This document shows, piece by piece, positions 9,748-19,173 of a stretch of DNA of 32,000 bases. Both the position numbers and the translations under genes were made by a program. The stretch covers positions 690,001 to 722,000 of the forward strand of contig NZ_CP046579.1 of NCBI RefSeq assembly GCF_013365475.1. The letters run 5' to 3'. This DNA is from Candidatus Saccharimonadota bacterium (GTDB taxonomy: Bacteria > Pseudomonadota > Alphaproteobacteria > Rickettsiales > Anaplasmataceae). The notes beneath the pieces are model-generated. The model was not told the DNA's origin, made no database searches, and saw only the letters and a program-made list of their open reading frames with translations. Numbering within the stretch: the stretch's first letter is position 1; every line of letters begins with the position of its first letter.

Positions 9748-10146
9748 CTATTTTATTATCTGCTTTCGTGGCATATAATTTTCGTCATGCTTTGCAAACA
9801 CTGTATCTGCTAGAAAGACTCCATTGTCAAACATTCTGCCTTGTACAACAACACCACTCTTTTCTGAGAACATCGGAGGAAGTATTCCCTGATATTTTAC
9901 TAAAACGCTCTTGTTAAAATCTGTCACTTGAAAAATCACTTCATCCTCACTATGTACTACACTATCCTTAACAACTACTCCACCAATACGAATTGACTTC
10001 TGATTACTTGATAAAGCTACTGCTTCACTCACCGTATAAAAAAATGAGATATTTTCTTTGAGAGCTATTAAAGTAAGGAAGAACATACAATTTAAAAAGA
10101 AGAAAATTCCTGAAGTTATTATTAATCTCTTATATCTTCTTTTCAT
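9748..10146 (-). CDS. ccmE: Cytochrome c-type biogenesis haem chaperone CcmE.
   Basis: The protein has an N-terminal membrane anchor and an OB-fold-like body. The C-terminal haem-binding motif FAKHDENYMP contains the conserved His. Confidence 0.9.
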   Translation of the reverse strand: MKRRYKRLIITSGIFFFLNCMFFLTLIALKENISFFYTVSEAVALSSNQKSIRIGGVVVKDSVVHSEDEVIFQVTDFNKSVLVKYQGILPPMFSEKSGVVVQGRMFDNGVFLADTVFAKHDENYMPRKQIIK

Positions 10147-10267
10147 TATTATCCTTAAGGCTCCTCAAAGTTTCTTTGCTTCTGATGTAACAAGAAACAG
10201 TGAAAATTAGCTCTCCAACAATTAATACAAAACTAATAAGATAAGCAAGTATTACATATGTACTCAT
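10130..10267 (-). CDS. ccmD: Probable haem exporter protein CcmD (45 aa; below the ORF-track cutoff).
   Basis: My manual translation is MSTYVILAYLISFVLIVGELIFTVSCYIRSKETLRSLKDNNEKKI. It has a single TM segment with the CcmD-like pattern YVxxAY...R...L. Its ATG overlaps the birA TGA as ATGA. Its TAA at 10130-10132 overlaps the first codons of ccmE. Confidence 0.55.
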   Translation of the reverse strand: MSTYVILAYLISFVLIVGELIFTVSCYIRSKETLRSLKDNNEKKI

Positions 10268-11058
10268 AATGAATTATTAATAAATAACTCGCCTGTATCG
10301 AAGTAAATCAAGTCTCCGTTTTTTTTTTGTAGTAGCAATTTACCATCTTTATCTATACCAATAAAAATTCCTTCATACAACCTACCAGCTAATTTTATGC
10401 TGATTTGCTTATTCATTTTAAATGCTTTCTTCAACCACATTTCTCTTATAGAACAAAATCCATCAAATATCCATTGTTTTCTTAATTTATTAAAACTTAT
10501 TACTAATTTTTTTAGTAATTCTATATTAGACAAAGTCTTACTGTAACTGCTAATACATGTTGACCATGAAAATGGTGCATGATGGGTATTAATCCCAATT
10601 CCTATAACTAACCAATCTGAATTGGATTTTTTTTCAAGTAATATTCCACTTATCTTCTTACCATTTACTAGAACATCATTTGGCCATTTATATTGAATAC
10701 TATCACCTACATATGTGAGCAACGTATTGCCAACAGCAAGGGCTGTAACAAAAGTTAATTCTGTCAACTTACTTAGACTATTTTTGTTATTCCAATATAA
10801 AATACTAGAGTTCATTATCGGAATAATACTAGTATAATTACACACAGAATCTATGATTAAACTAACATAAAAATTACCTCCCGGAGAAACCCATCTTTTT
10901 CCAGCACGTCCCTTACCGTCTATTTGTTTATCGGAAATAATGATAGTTTCATTTGATATTCCTTCATCAATTAAGTCCAATGCTTTTCTATTAGTGCTAG
11001 AAACTTCTTTGTAACGATAAATATGAAAACCTTCAAATGCTTCAGAGGCTACTTTCAT
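10264..11058 (-). CDS. birA: Biotin--[acetyl-CoA-carboxylase] ligase, class I, without the N-terminal HTH repressor domain.
   Basis: The biotin-binding loop GKGRAGKRWVSPGGN matches the GRGRxGRxWxSPxG motif, and KWPND is present. At 264 aa the protein starts directly at the catalytic domain. Its ATG overlaps the nuoN TGA as ATGA. Confidence 0.88.
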   Translation of the reverse strand: MKVASEAFEGFHIYRYKEVSSTNRKALDLIDEGISNETIIISDKQIDGKGRAGKRWVSPGGNFYVSLIIDSVCNYTSIIPIMNSSILYWNNKNSLSKLTELTFVTALAVGNTLLTYVGDSIQYKWPNDVLVNGKKISGILLEKKSNSDWLVIGIGINTHHAPFSWSTCISSYSKTLSNIELLKKLVISFNKLRKQWIFDGFCSIREMWLKKAFKMNKQISIKLAGRLYEGIFIGIDKDGKLLLQKKNGDLIYFDTGELFINNSL

Positions 11059-12449
11059 AATCCTTCAGTTACTAAATGAATTAATGAGTATAAATTTTCT
11101 GCATATATAAAAAGAGCAATATTAATTAAAGAAGCTGCTGAAGTACTGATTAATAGACCCTTAGAACAAGGGATCTCATTATTACTAGCCCTATCAAAAT
11201 ACATAACTTTTATAATACTTAGGTAATAATAACATGATATAACACTTGCTATTGCTAATATCAAAGATATAGCAAAAAAGCCTGAATTTATTAAACTTTT
11301 AAATACAAAAAACTTAGCTAAAAACCCTGCAAGTGGAGGTATCCCTGCCATTGAAAGTAATAGTACAGAAAGATGAAAAGCTAAAATTGGATGCTTTTTC
11401 CCAATACCAGCTAAGTTAGCAACATTACAATTATCATCATCAATTTGTATAAAATATGAGAACAATCCCATACTCATAATGACATATATTATTAAATACA
11501 TCAACGAACTATCTATTCCAACTCGTGTAAAGACAGAAAGTGAAGCAAACATAAAACCAGCATGGCCAATTGAACTATAAGCAAGTAGCCTTTTTAAGTT
11601 TTTCTGCCGCAAGGCTCCGAAAGCAGAAATAAGTACAGATAATACTGAAAAACATAAAAAAATAGGTTGAATGTAATTTCTTACATTTACTAATTCTTCA
11701 CTAATTAACCGAATCAAAAATGTAACAAGCGCAGCCTTTGGTGCAGTAGAAAAAAATGTGGTGATAATAGTAGGTGCACCTTGATACACATCTGGAGCCC
11801 ATACATGAAAAGGAACAATGGCAAGTTTGAAACACAAACCAATAAAAATAAAGACTAACCCAAAAACTATCCCATAAGTCATCTGATGATCTTGTATAAA
11901 TAAACTTAACTGAGAAAAGTCAATTTTTCCTGTATATCCATAAAGAAGTGATATCCCGTACAACATAATACAAGAAGATAGTGTACTGAGTACGAAATAT
12001 TTTATGCCTGCTTCACATGAATATGCTGAATTTTTATTAAAACTTGCAAGAATATATAAAGGTATACTCATCAGCTCAAAAGCTAAATAAAAAGAAAGTA
12101 AACTATTTGTTGAAATCAAAGTTATCATACCAAACAATGTAAAAAGAATCAGTATCGAAAATTCATATTCGTACTCATGCCTTGATAAATCCAGCAGTAA
12201 AAGTACTAAAATTCCTATGACAAGAATCAATCCTTGAGATGATCTAATATATAAATTGAATCTTAGTAGCGAATTAAAGAAAAAAACTTCATTGTTCTCT
12301 GTTGAAAGAATTAAAATGATTAAAGTTACAGCTGTGCAGCTAAGTGCCAGCAAATTAACAACACGACGACTAGACACAATTCCAAGTAGCAGCAATACTA
12401 AGGAAGAAACAATAGAAAAAATTTCTGGCAGCACCTGGACATAGTTCAT
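11055..12449 (-). CDS. nuoN: NADH-quinone oxidoreductase subunit N.
   Basis: This 464-aa polytopic antiporter-like subunit has the FKLAIVPFHVWAPDVYQGAP motif typical of NuoN/ND2. It sits last in the nuoJKLMN order and its start overlaps nuoM by 4 nt. Confidence 0.92.
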   Translation of the reverse strand: MNYVQVLPEIFSIVSSLVLLLLGIVSSRRVVNLLALSCTAVTLIILILSTENNEVFFFNSLLRFNLYIRSSQGLILVIGILVLLLLDLSRHEYEYEFSILILFTLFGMITLISTNSLLSFYLAFELMSIPLYILASFNKNSAYSCEAGIKYFVLSTLSSCIMLYGISLLYGYTGKIDFSQLSLFIQDHQMTYGIVFGLVFIFIGLCFKLAIVPFHVWAPDVYQGAPTIITTFFSTAPKAALVTFLIRLISEELVNVRNYIQPIFLCFSVLSVLISAFGALRQKNLKRLLAYSSIGHAGFMFASLSVFTRVGIDSSLMYLIIYVIMSMGLFSYFIQIDDDNCNVANLAGIGKKHPILAFHLSVLLLSMAGIPPLAGFLAKFFVFKSLINSGFFAISLILAIASVISCYYYLSIIKVMYFDRASNNEIPCSKGLLISTSAASLINIALFIYAENLYSLIHLVTEGL

Positions 12450-13891
12450 AGGGCATTATACTTAACTAATAAATTTGCTATGCATGGCTTCAAATGACTT
12501 AGTACAAGGGTTGGGTAAAATCCAAGTAAAACAACGACCAATGCAAGCAAAGCTAGAATAAAAAACTCTATGATATCTAATTGATTATTCAATAATTTAG
12601 AACAGCTATTGCCTCCCCATATTATTTGCTTGCATAAATTCAACATATAAACTGCACTCAAAATAGTGCCAAGCGCAATGAATCCTGTAAAAAATCCTAT
12701 ACTTTTGAATAACCCAATCATAGCTAAAAACTCACCTATGAACCCAGATGTTCCCGGTAACCCTATTGAAGCCATTGAAAATAAAATGAACATAAAACTA
12801 AATTTCGGCATAGAGCTTACTATGCCAAAATGTTTTGCAATTTTCAGAGTTCTACTCCTAGTATATAGCATCCCTACACATAAAAACAAAGCAGAAGAAA
12901 TAAGGCTATGACTAATCATCTGGAAAATAGCACCTAGCATACCTTCTTCGTAAAACGAGAAGAGACCAGCAGTAACAATACTCATATGTGCTATTGAAGA
13001 ATAGGCTATCAACTTTTTTATATCATCTTGAGCAAATGCAACTAATGAAGCATAGATTCCTGTAATAATGCTGAGTGCAATAACAAAATTTGAAAGATAT
13101 AAACTTGCCTGAGGAAGCATTGGGATAGAAAATCTTAAAACCCCATATCCACCCATTTTGATAAGCAACCCAGCCAAAATTACAGATCCAGAAGTCGGTG
13201 ATTGCACATGTGCATCAGGGAGCCAAGTGTGAAATGGGAACATAGGTATTTTTATTGCAAAAGAAATGAAAAATGCAACCCATAATAACAATTGTACTTT
13301 AAAATCAAGACTTGGTGCTAATGTAGCAAGTTTCTGTATGTCAAACGTCTCAAAAGTACTATAAATGTATACTAACCCAAGTAAAAACAACAATGAACCT
13401 GTAAGTGTATAAAGAAATAACTTAAATGTTGCATATATTCTGCATTTCCCACCCCAAATGCCAATAATAAAAAACATTGGCACTAAAACAACCTCAAAGA
13501 ATACATAAAAACTTATAGCATTTAATGAAATAAAGAAACCAATTACAAAACTTTCAAGAAGCAAAAATAACGCCATATATGGCTTTAGAGCTTTATAACT
13601 CATTTTGCAATTATATAGCATACACATGCCAAATAAGAAAGTTGTAAGTAGAAGAAAAAACAAAGATATGCTATCTATCCCTATTCCAATATTTTCAATT
13701 GGGTAGCTTACAAATTGAAACTCTGAATTATTATGATTGAACTTTATACAGGCTACAATGCTAAGTAAAAATGGAGATATAACAAAGAATAAGGCAAGAA
13801 GCTTTAGATATATAGATTTATAATCAATCTTAGTTAGAGATAAGATTAATGCACCAGTTAGCGGGAACAAGAATATACCAAGTAACAGCAC
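12446..13891 (-). CDS. nuoM: NADH-quinone oxidoreductase subunit M.
   Basis: This 481-aa polytopic protein has the FAIKIPMFPFHTWLPDAHVQSPTSGSVILAG motif of NuoM/ND4. The start codon is GTG, 3 nt after the nuoL stop. Confidence 0.92.
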   Translation of the reverse strand: MLLLGIFLFPLTGALILSLTKIDYKSIYLKLLALFFVISPFLLSIVACIKFNHNNSEFQFVSYPIENIGIGIDSISLFFLLLTTFLFGMCMLYNCKMSYKALKPYMALFLLLESFVIGFFISLNAISFYVFFEVVLVPMFFIIGIWGGKCRIYATFKLFLYTLTGSLLFLLGLVYIYSTFETFDIQKLATLAPSLDFKVQLLLWVAFFISFAIKIPMFPFHTWLPDAHVQSPTSGSVILAGLLIKMGGYGVLRFSIPMLPQASLYLSNFVIALSIITGIYASLVAFAQDDIKKLIAYSSIAHMSIVTAGLFSFYEEGMLGAIFQMISHSLISSALFLCVGMLYTRSRTLKIAKHFGIVSSMPKFSFMFILFSMASIGLPGTSGFIGEFLAMIGLFKSIGFFTGFIALGTILSAVYMLNLCKQIIWGGNSCSKLLNNQLDIIEFFILALLALVVVLLGFYPTLVLSHLKPCIANLLVKYNAL

Positions 13892-13894
13892 TTT

Positions 13895-15754
13895 TTATTT
13901 AATTCCAATAACACATAAAGCACTGATTACCAAAGCAATAAACATAATGAATGCATAATCAAATATATAACCAGTTTGTAGCTTTACAGAATTCTTTGAA
14001 CACTCATTGACTAGCTTTATAGCACCATTTGGTCCAAATGAATCAATAGCCTTAATATCAAACTTGTATAGAAGCTTAGATATAAACTTTACTGGTTTAA
14101 TTATAAACAATTCATATATCTCATCAAAGTACCATTTATTCTGTAGAAATTTAAATAGAAGTCCACTTTTAATCCGTTTAATTATTTGATAATAATAAAC
14201 TAGATATGCAAGTACTATTCCACTCAAGCTTACTAAAGTCGGCAGCAGTAGCCTTATAAAAAAATTACCAGTTTTATGCTCATCTGTAACTACTAAGCTT
14301 GATTTCCAAAATGTATTACTGGTTATATTTAAAACATTTACTCCCCATGCTCCAGAAAACACTGCACCAAAAGCAAGTACTAATAGCGGTATAAGCATAA
14401 TTATTGGTGCTTCACGAATATTAATTTCATTCTGTTTTGGGCTATGAAACACAAGAAGTAATAATCTCCAAGAATAAAATGATGTAAAGAATGTAATAAT
14501 CAAACTTATTATAAAAGCAAAACTATCAGCACTATAAGCATGCTCAATTATTAAATCTTTTGAGTAAAAACCTGCAAAAGGGAATATTCCAGAAAGCGCA
14601 AGAGACCCAATCCACATAGAGAAACAAGTGTAAGGAATTCTCCTCCAGCAATTTCCCATCTCTTGGATATTTCGTTCATGATGCATTGAACTAATCACAT
14701 TTCCTGCACCGAGAAACAGCAAAGCTTTAAAAAAAGCGTGTGTCATCAAATGGAAAATAGCAACATTGTAAGCAGAGAGGCCACACGCTATGAACATGCA
14801 ACCAAGCTGACTGCAGGTTGAATAAGCAATTATTTTTTTTATATCATTCTGAGTAGTTGCAACAGTAGCTGCAAAAAAAGCGGTAAGAGCACCAACACCA
14901 ACTATTAATTCTCGTGCTATATTTGATAACTCAAATAATGGAGAGCATTTTGCTATTAAAAATACACCAGATGTTACCATTGTTGCTGCGTGAATGAGTG
15001 CAGAAGCAGGAGTTGGTCCTTCCATTGCATCTGGTAACCAAATATGTAGACCAAGCTGAGCAGATTTTCCCATACAGCCAATAAAAAGTAATATACATAT
15101 TATATGAATAATCTTAAATTCATAGCAGAATATTTTCACATTTTTTGCACTAAAAAGATTAGCTATATCAAAAACTTCAATAAATCTTAAAGAATGAGAT
15201 GTATGATAAATGAGGAAAATCCCAATTAACAGTGCAAAATCTCCTATTCTATTTATAATAAATGCTTTGAGCGCTGCACTGCTTGCAGAATATTTTTGAA
15301 ACCAAAATCCTATAAGCAAGTAAGAACATAATCCAACCCCTTCCCAACCAAAAAAAAGTTGCACGAAATTGTCACTTACAATCAATATAGTCATACAAAA
15401 CGTAAACATAGACAAATAAGAAAAGAATCTTGATCTCCCCTTATCATGTTTCATATAACCAATAGAGTAGATGTGAACCACTAGTGAAACAGTATTAACA
15501 ATAACTAGCATTAAAGATGAAAGAGTATCTATATAAACTGCCCAATCTACTTTCAATTCACTTAATGAAAACAAAGTGAATAAATTCAAGTGGTAATTTT
15601 CAGAGAAAGTAAGGAAAACATACCAAGACAAAACCATAGATATCCCAACTCCTATAGTTGGAATTAACTGACTGAAAATACTACTCCTAAAGAAGGGTGC
15701 AAATAATGAACCAAAAAATGGCAAAAATATTATTAGTTTCAACATATTCGTCAT
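13895..15754 (-). CDS. nuoL: NADH-quinone oxidoreductase subunit L.
   Basis: The protein is 619 aa and carries NuoL/ND5 motifs (FFGWEGVGLCSYLLIGFW, GKSAQLGLHIWLPDAMEGPTPASALIHAATMV). Confidence 0.93.
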   Translation of the reverse strand: MTNMLKLIIFLPFFGSLFAPFFRSSIFSQLIPTIGVGISMVLSWYVFLTFSENYHLNLFTLFSLSELKVDWAVYIDTLSSLMLVIVNTVSLVVHIYSIGYMKHDKGRSRFFSYLSMFTFCMTILIVSDNFVQLFFGWEGVGLCSYLLIGFWFQKYSASSAALKAFIINRIGDFALLIGIFLIYHTSHSLRFIEVFDIANLFSAKNVKIFCYEFKIIHIICILLFIGCMGKSAQLGLHIWLPDAMEGPTPASALIHAATMVTSGVFLIAKCSPLFELSNIARELIVGVGALTAFFAATVATTQNDIKKIIAYSTCSQLGCMFIACGLSAYNVAIFHLMTHAFFKALLFLGAGNVISSMHHERNIQEMGNCWRRIPYTCFSMWIGSLALSGIFPFAGFYSKDLIIEHAYSADSFAFIISLIITFFTSFYSWRLLLLVFHSPKQNEINIREAPIIMLIPLLVLAFGAVFSGAWGVNVLNITSNTFWKSSLVVTDEHKTGNFFIRLLLPTLVSLSGIVLAYLVYYYQIIKRIKSGLLFKFLQNKWYFDEIYELFIIKPVKFISKLLYKFDIKAIDSFGPNGAIKLVNECSKNSVKLQTGYIFDYAFIMFIALVISALCVIGIK

Positions 15755-15757
15755 ACT

Positions 15758-16066
15758 TCATTCTTTCATTAAATTTACCCGCTCAACATCTATGTTGCCG
15801 TGGTTTCTATAATATACAACTAATATTGCAAGCCCTGTGCCTGATTCAGCTGCTGTAACAGCTAATACAAACATAACAAAAATTTGTCCAGTTATGTCGT
15901 TCATAAAAGCAGAAAAAGCAACCAAATTTATATTAATTGCTAGTAATAATATTTCTACTGATAACAATACGTTAATTATGCTCTTTCTATTAAATAGGAT
16001 ACCAAATACTCCAATAGTAAATAATATAGCAGCAACTACTAAGAAATGATTTAACCCTATTTCCAT
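15758..16066 (-). CDS. nuoK: NADH-quinone oxidoreductase subunit K.
   Basis: The protein is 102 aa with three TM segments. The [10 protein letters not shown] motif is typical of NuoK/ND4L. Confidence 0.92.
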   Translation of the reverse strand: MEIGLNHFLVVAAILFTIGVFGILFNRKSIINVLLSVEILLLAININLVAFSAFMNDITGQIFVMFVLAVTAAESGTGLAILVVYYRNHGNIDVERVNLMKE

Positions 16067-16644
16067 TTAATTCCCTTTCCGAGTTTAGTTTTAACTAATC
16101 TTACAGATGATGAACGTGTCAGTTGTTTTAACACATTTTGCCTTTTTATTTCTCTTTTTTTATCTTGTAAAGCAAGAGCAACTGTACCAACAATTGCAGT
16201 AAGTAGCAGGATACCAGAAAGATGAAAGGCATATATATAGTCAGTATATAGCAAATTACCAATAGCTTTTGCGTTATTTATACCATAGTTTATAATATTG
16301 TTTATATTCAGTGTTGAGCTATGAATTATAAAGTAGACAATCAGAAAAAATACAATAGATAATATGGCACTGAAAAATAAATGTTTTGCAAAACCATGAT
16401 TCAGTTTTGTATAGTCAACATCTAGCATCATAACTACAAAGAGAAATAATACTGCAACTGCACCTATATATACCATTAGTATTACCATAGCAATAAACTC
16501 AGCCCCAAGAAGAATAAAAAGAACCGCAGAATTTACAAAGGTCAGAATTAAGAATAACACCGCATACACAGGATTCCTTATACTGATCACATAAATAGCA
16601 GATGAGATGCTAAGGATTGCAAAAAAATAAAAGAAAAAAGCCAT
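16057..16644 (-). CDS. nuoJ: NADH-quinone oxidoreductase subunit J.
   Basis: This ND6-like polytopic protein has the [15 protein letters not shown] motif and a basic C-terminal tail. I prefer the ATG at 16644, which gives 195 aa, the usual NuoJ size. The listed ORF extends to a GTG at 16746 (229 aa). Confidence 0.85.
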   Translation of the reverse strand: MAFFFYFFAILSISSAIYVISIRNPVYAVLFLILTFVNSAVLFILLGAEFIAMVILMVYIGAVAVLFLFVVMMLDVDYTKLNHGFAKHLFFSAILSIVFFLIVYFIIHSSTLNINNIINYGINNAKAIGNLLYTDYIYAFHLSGILLLTAIVGTVALALQDKKREIKRQNVLKQLTRSSSVRLVKTKLGKGIKWK

Positions 16645-17284
16645 TAATACTTTAAATTGGAACAATAGGTAATAATTTAGAGCAGCTACTGCTATAAAGT
16701 CAATAAACTTCTTGCATGAGATAGAGTATTGATTCAATAAAACCACTATGCACTTGCTAGTTTTTTGTCATATAGCTCTAGCTATTCCAACTAGAACTTT
16801 CCAACTTTCCGATTAAATAATAAGAATGCTTATGTTTAACATAAATGCCTAACCTCCGTCTATAATGAATGTATCTAAACTTTCAAACTCTGGACTTTTA
16901 TCTATATAATCAGCAACACATTCATATATAATATGATTAATACACCACCAATGCAAAATTTTTAAATTAGAATGAATAGAATAATTATCTTTGCAGCTTA
17001 TTTTTGCTCTTTTATTTGGTACACCTTAAATGTTGACAATTAAAGCACTAAAGACTTTTACCTATCTATTACATACATAACAACATAACATAGAAAATTT
17101 AGTAGAATATAAAGCTAACTACTTTGATATTTTAGAAATCAGTTACTTGCTTACAAACCAATTGTTCCAAGCAATTTAATAAAACTTACCATCGCAGATA
17201 CTAATAACATTACTAGTTTCTAGTTATTACTAAATATACTGAAGATTTTTCATAAAAAAACAACTTACTCAGTACTAATCGGTA

Positions 17285-17318
17285 TTAAAAATACACACCA
17301 CTCTTCAAATGTGATGTG
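17285..17318 (-). terminator. Intrinsic terminator of the outer-membrane protein gene.
   Basis: The minus-strand RNA forms CACAUCAC-(9 nt loop)-GUGGUGUG, an 8-bp stem with one G-U pair. It starts 13 nt after the TAA and is followed by UAUUUUUAAUA. On the plus strand the same stem has a C-A mismatch, which supports the minus orientation. Confidence 0.5.
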
Positions 17319-17331
17319 CATTTTTAGTTCA

Positions 17332-19173
17332 TTAAAAAGAAAATCTTACACCAGTAAGGAAGAGCACCCCTTGGTTGGATACAGTGTGTTTCTCCTCATA
17401 TCCTTTATCATTAGTTCTAAAATAATGAAAAACCGCATAAGGAATAAATTTACTTTTACTACAAACAGGAGAAAGTTCATATTGAACACCAAGTGCAATA
17501 TCATGAAGCTTATTTTCATTACCTGCTTTACTGCCAAAGTATGTCAAGCTTGTATAGATATTCTGGTATTGATAACCAGCACCTGCAGTCCAATACATAG
17601 TACTTTTATCATTTTTTCTAAATTGAGCTTTCAATTCCTCCATCTTTTCTTCATTATCATTAATATCACCATTAACTACAATTTTTTGGTAGCTACCGTT
17701 AATCAACTTTCTAATACTTTTTGGTTGATTAGATTTTCCTAAGTATGCAAAGGATGTAGCAAGTTTTACACTTTCACCCTCATTAATCTTATAGTCAGCA
17801 CCCATACCAAGGTTAATACCAATTAGATCATTATATTCTATGTATTCATTATAGAATGGCTGATTTTCATCCAGTTGCTTCGGTAAACCATACTCACCAA
17901 CCATAGAAGTCTTAATTTTTACATTATGTTTATTCAAGTTATACTCATACGATACACCAGCACTCACTATATGCTCATAATCTGGACCTACATGTTTTTT
18001 GTCATCAACAATAAATAAATTGCTACTATAACGAGGTGAGTAGCCAATACCAAATTTTGCACCCATATAATTTGGCGAATAGTAAGCAACTCTAAATGGG
18101 AGTGTAGTCATAATATCTTTACGGTATTTTTCTGACATGTAGAAAGAGAATGTTTCACTTTCACTTGAAAAACTTTCAGTATAAAGGCGGGGTGTTACAT
18201 AAAATGGGAAATTCTTATTAATCCCTTCTAAGTTCACTTTTCTAAACCAATTACTATCTGCAGCTCCATCAACTGTTGCAACCCTTGTTGCATCAAGCCT
18301 CATCAAAGCCTCAGGACCAAATTGGTAACCAACCTTTAAATTACCATATTTTGAATTCAAAAATAAGTGTGCACTCCTTCCTCTTATCACATTCACACCA
18401 TGTGAGGCTCCTTTACCCTCAGTAACTGGAACTTGAAGTTGTACATCAGCACCATAAAGAATCCCTAAATGCTCATTCTTATTTTCTGCTTTTAAGTGCA
18501 ACATTGCATCTGTAATCATGCCTGTGTCATTGCTATAATCACTAATATTTTCTGCTTTCTCAAATATCGGATATAACCACCTTGCCGTCTGGTCATTAGA
18601 ATCAGCATAGCAACTTGCTATATTGTTGTAACACTTGTAATCTTCACCGCTTGGCCCCATTTTACCATAACCTTGAGCATCAACAACGCCACTAAAGATT
18701 ATCTTCAAATTACTTTTTTCTTGGTTGTTATTGATAACATCAACTGCCCCAAATGAGATATCAGAGTTTGCTTTACTTTTTTCTCCTGCATACTGATTAA
18801 TAATCTTTGTATCATCTGTATTATCTTTTACGATTTCGGCTTCAGTCTTAGTCTTATTAGTTTTAAGAATTTCTAAATCAGTATTTTTAACACTTAAAGC
18901 TTTTGTTTTTTTCTCATTTTCTAGCTTTAATTCTTCTTTCTTTTTAAGCTCTTCAGCTTTTTTTCTTGGATCAACGTTACATACTCTATTCATTTTCTCC
19001 TTTAGTTTCTTATTTGACGTTTTCATAACTTCAGTTTTTTCAGAAGTTGTTATAGCCTCTCGCTCTTTCACCTCCTTTATGTTTTCATTAGAAAAGTCAG
19101 CAGTAAAACTGCTGAGAGAACATAAAGTTAACAAAGAAGCTAGAGCAGTTATAGTGTAGGTAGATTTTTTCAT
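17332..19173 (-). CDS. Porin-like outer-membrane beta-barrel protein with a Lys/Glu-rich N-terminal extension.
   Basis: The preferred ATG at 19173 gives MKKSTYTITALASLLTLCSLSSFTA, a classical signal peptide. The ORF track starts 9 codons upstream, at 19200. The C-terminal ~450 aa show alternating amphipathic Y/G-rich strands. The terminal residues are ...GVRFSF with a final Phe, the beta-barrel OMP signature. I cannot assign a family more precisely. Confidence 0.8.
   Translation of the reverse strand: MKKSTYTITALASLLTLCSLSSFTADFSNENIKEVKEREAITTSEKTEVMKTSNKKLKEKMNRVCNVDPRKKAEELKKKEELKLENEKKTKALSVKNTDLEILKTNKTKTEAEIVKDNTDDTKIINQYAGEKSKANSDISFGAVDVINNNQEKSNLKIIFSGVVDAQGYGKMGPSGEDYKCYNNIASCYADSNDQTARWLYPIFEKAENISDYSNDTGMITDAMLHLKAENKNEHLGILYGADVQLQVPVTEGKGASHGVNVIRGRSAHLFLNSKYGNLKVGYQFGPEALMRLDATRVATVDGAADSNWFRKVNLEGINKNFPFYVTPRLYTESFSSESETFSFYMSEKYRKDIMTTLPFRVAYYSPNYMGAKFGIGYSPRYSSNLFIVDDKKHVGPDYEHIVSAGVSYEYNLNKHNVKIKTSMVGEYGLPKQLDENQPFYNEYIEYNDLIGINLGMGADYKINEGESVKLATSFAYLGKSNQPKSIRKLINGSYQKIVVNGDINDNEEKMEELKAQFRKNDKSTMYWTAGAGYQYQNIYTSLTYFGSKAGNENKLHDIALGVQYELSPVCSKSKFIPYAVFHYFRTNDKGYEEKHTVSNQGVLFLTGVRFSF

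Noticed and set aside
9720-9917. Plus-strand 65-aa ORF.
   Set aside because: It is antisense to ccmE, which has the diagnostic haem-binding motif.
10319-10328. A 10-nt homopolymer (A10 on the coding strand) inside birA, with similar A8-A9 runs in rpmF and fabH.
   Set aside because: I considered them as frameshift or pseudogene or slippage sites. All three reading frames are intact through the runs, which simply encode Lys-rich stretches, so nothing in the sequence indicates disruption.
12256-16049. Plus-strand ORFs 12256-12444, 12666-12911, 14007-14189 and 15837-16049.
   Set aside because: They are antisense to nuoN, nuoM, nuoL and nuoK, which are all full-length with family motifs.
16645-16746. 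A 34-codon N-terminal extension of nuoJ, from a GTG at 16746.
   Set aside because: The extension would make NuoJ atypically long. The ATG at 16644 starts exactly at the first conserved TM helix. I keep it only as an alternative start.
17311-17742. Plus-strand 143-aa ORF and minus-strand 63-aa ORF (17346-17537) overlapping the OMP 3' end.
   Set aside because: They are antisense or out-of-frame overlaps of the OMP C-terminal barrel strands, including the terminal Phe signature. Their composition is low-complexity and AT-driven.
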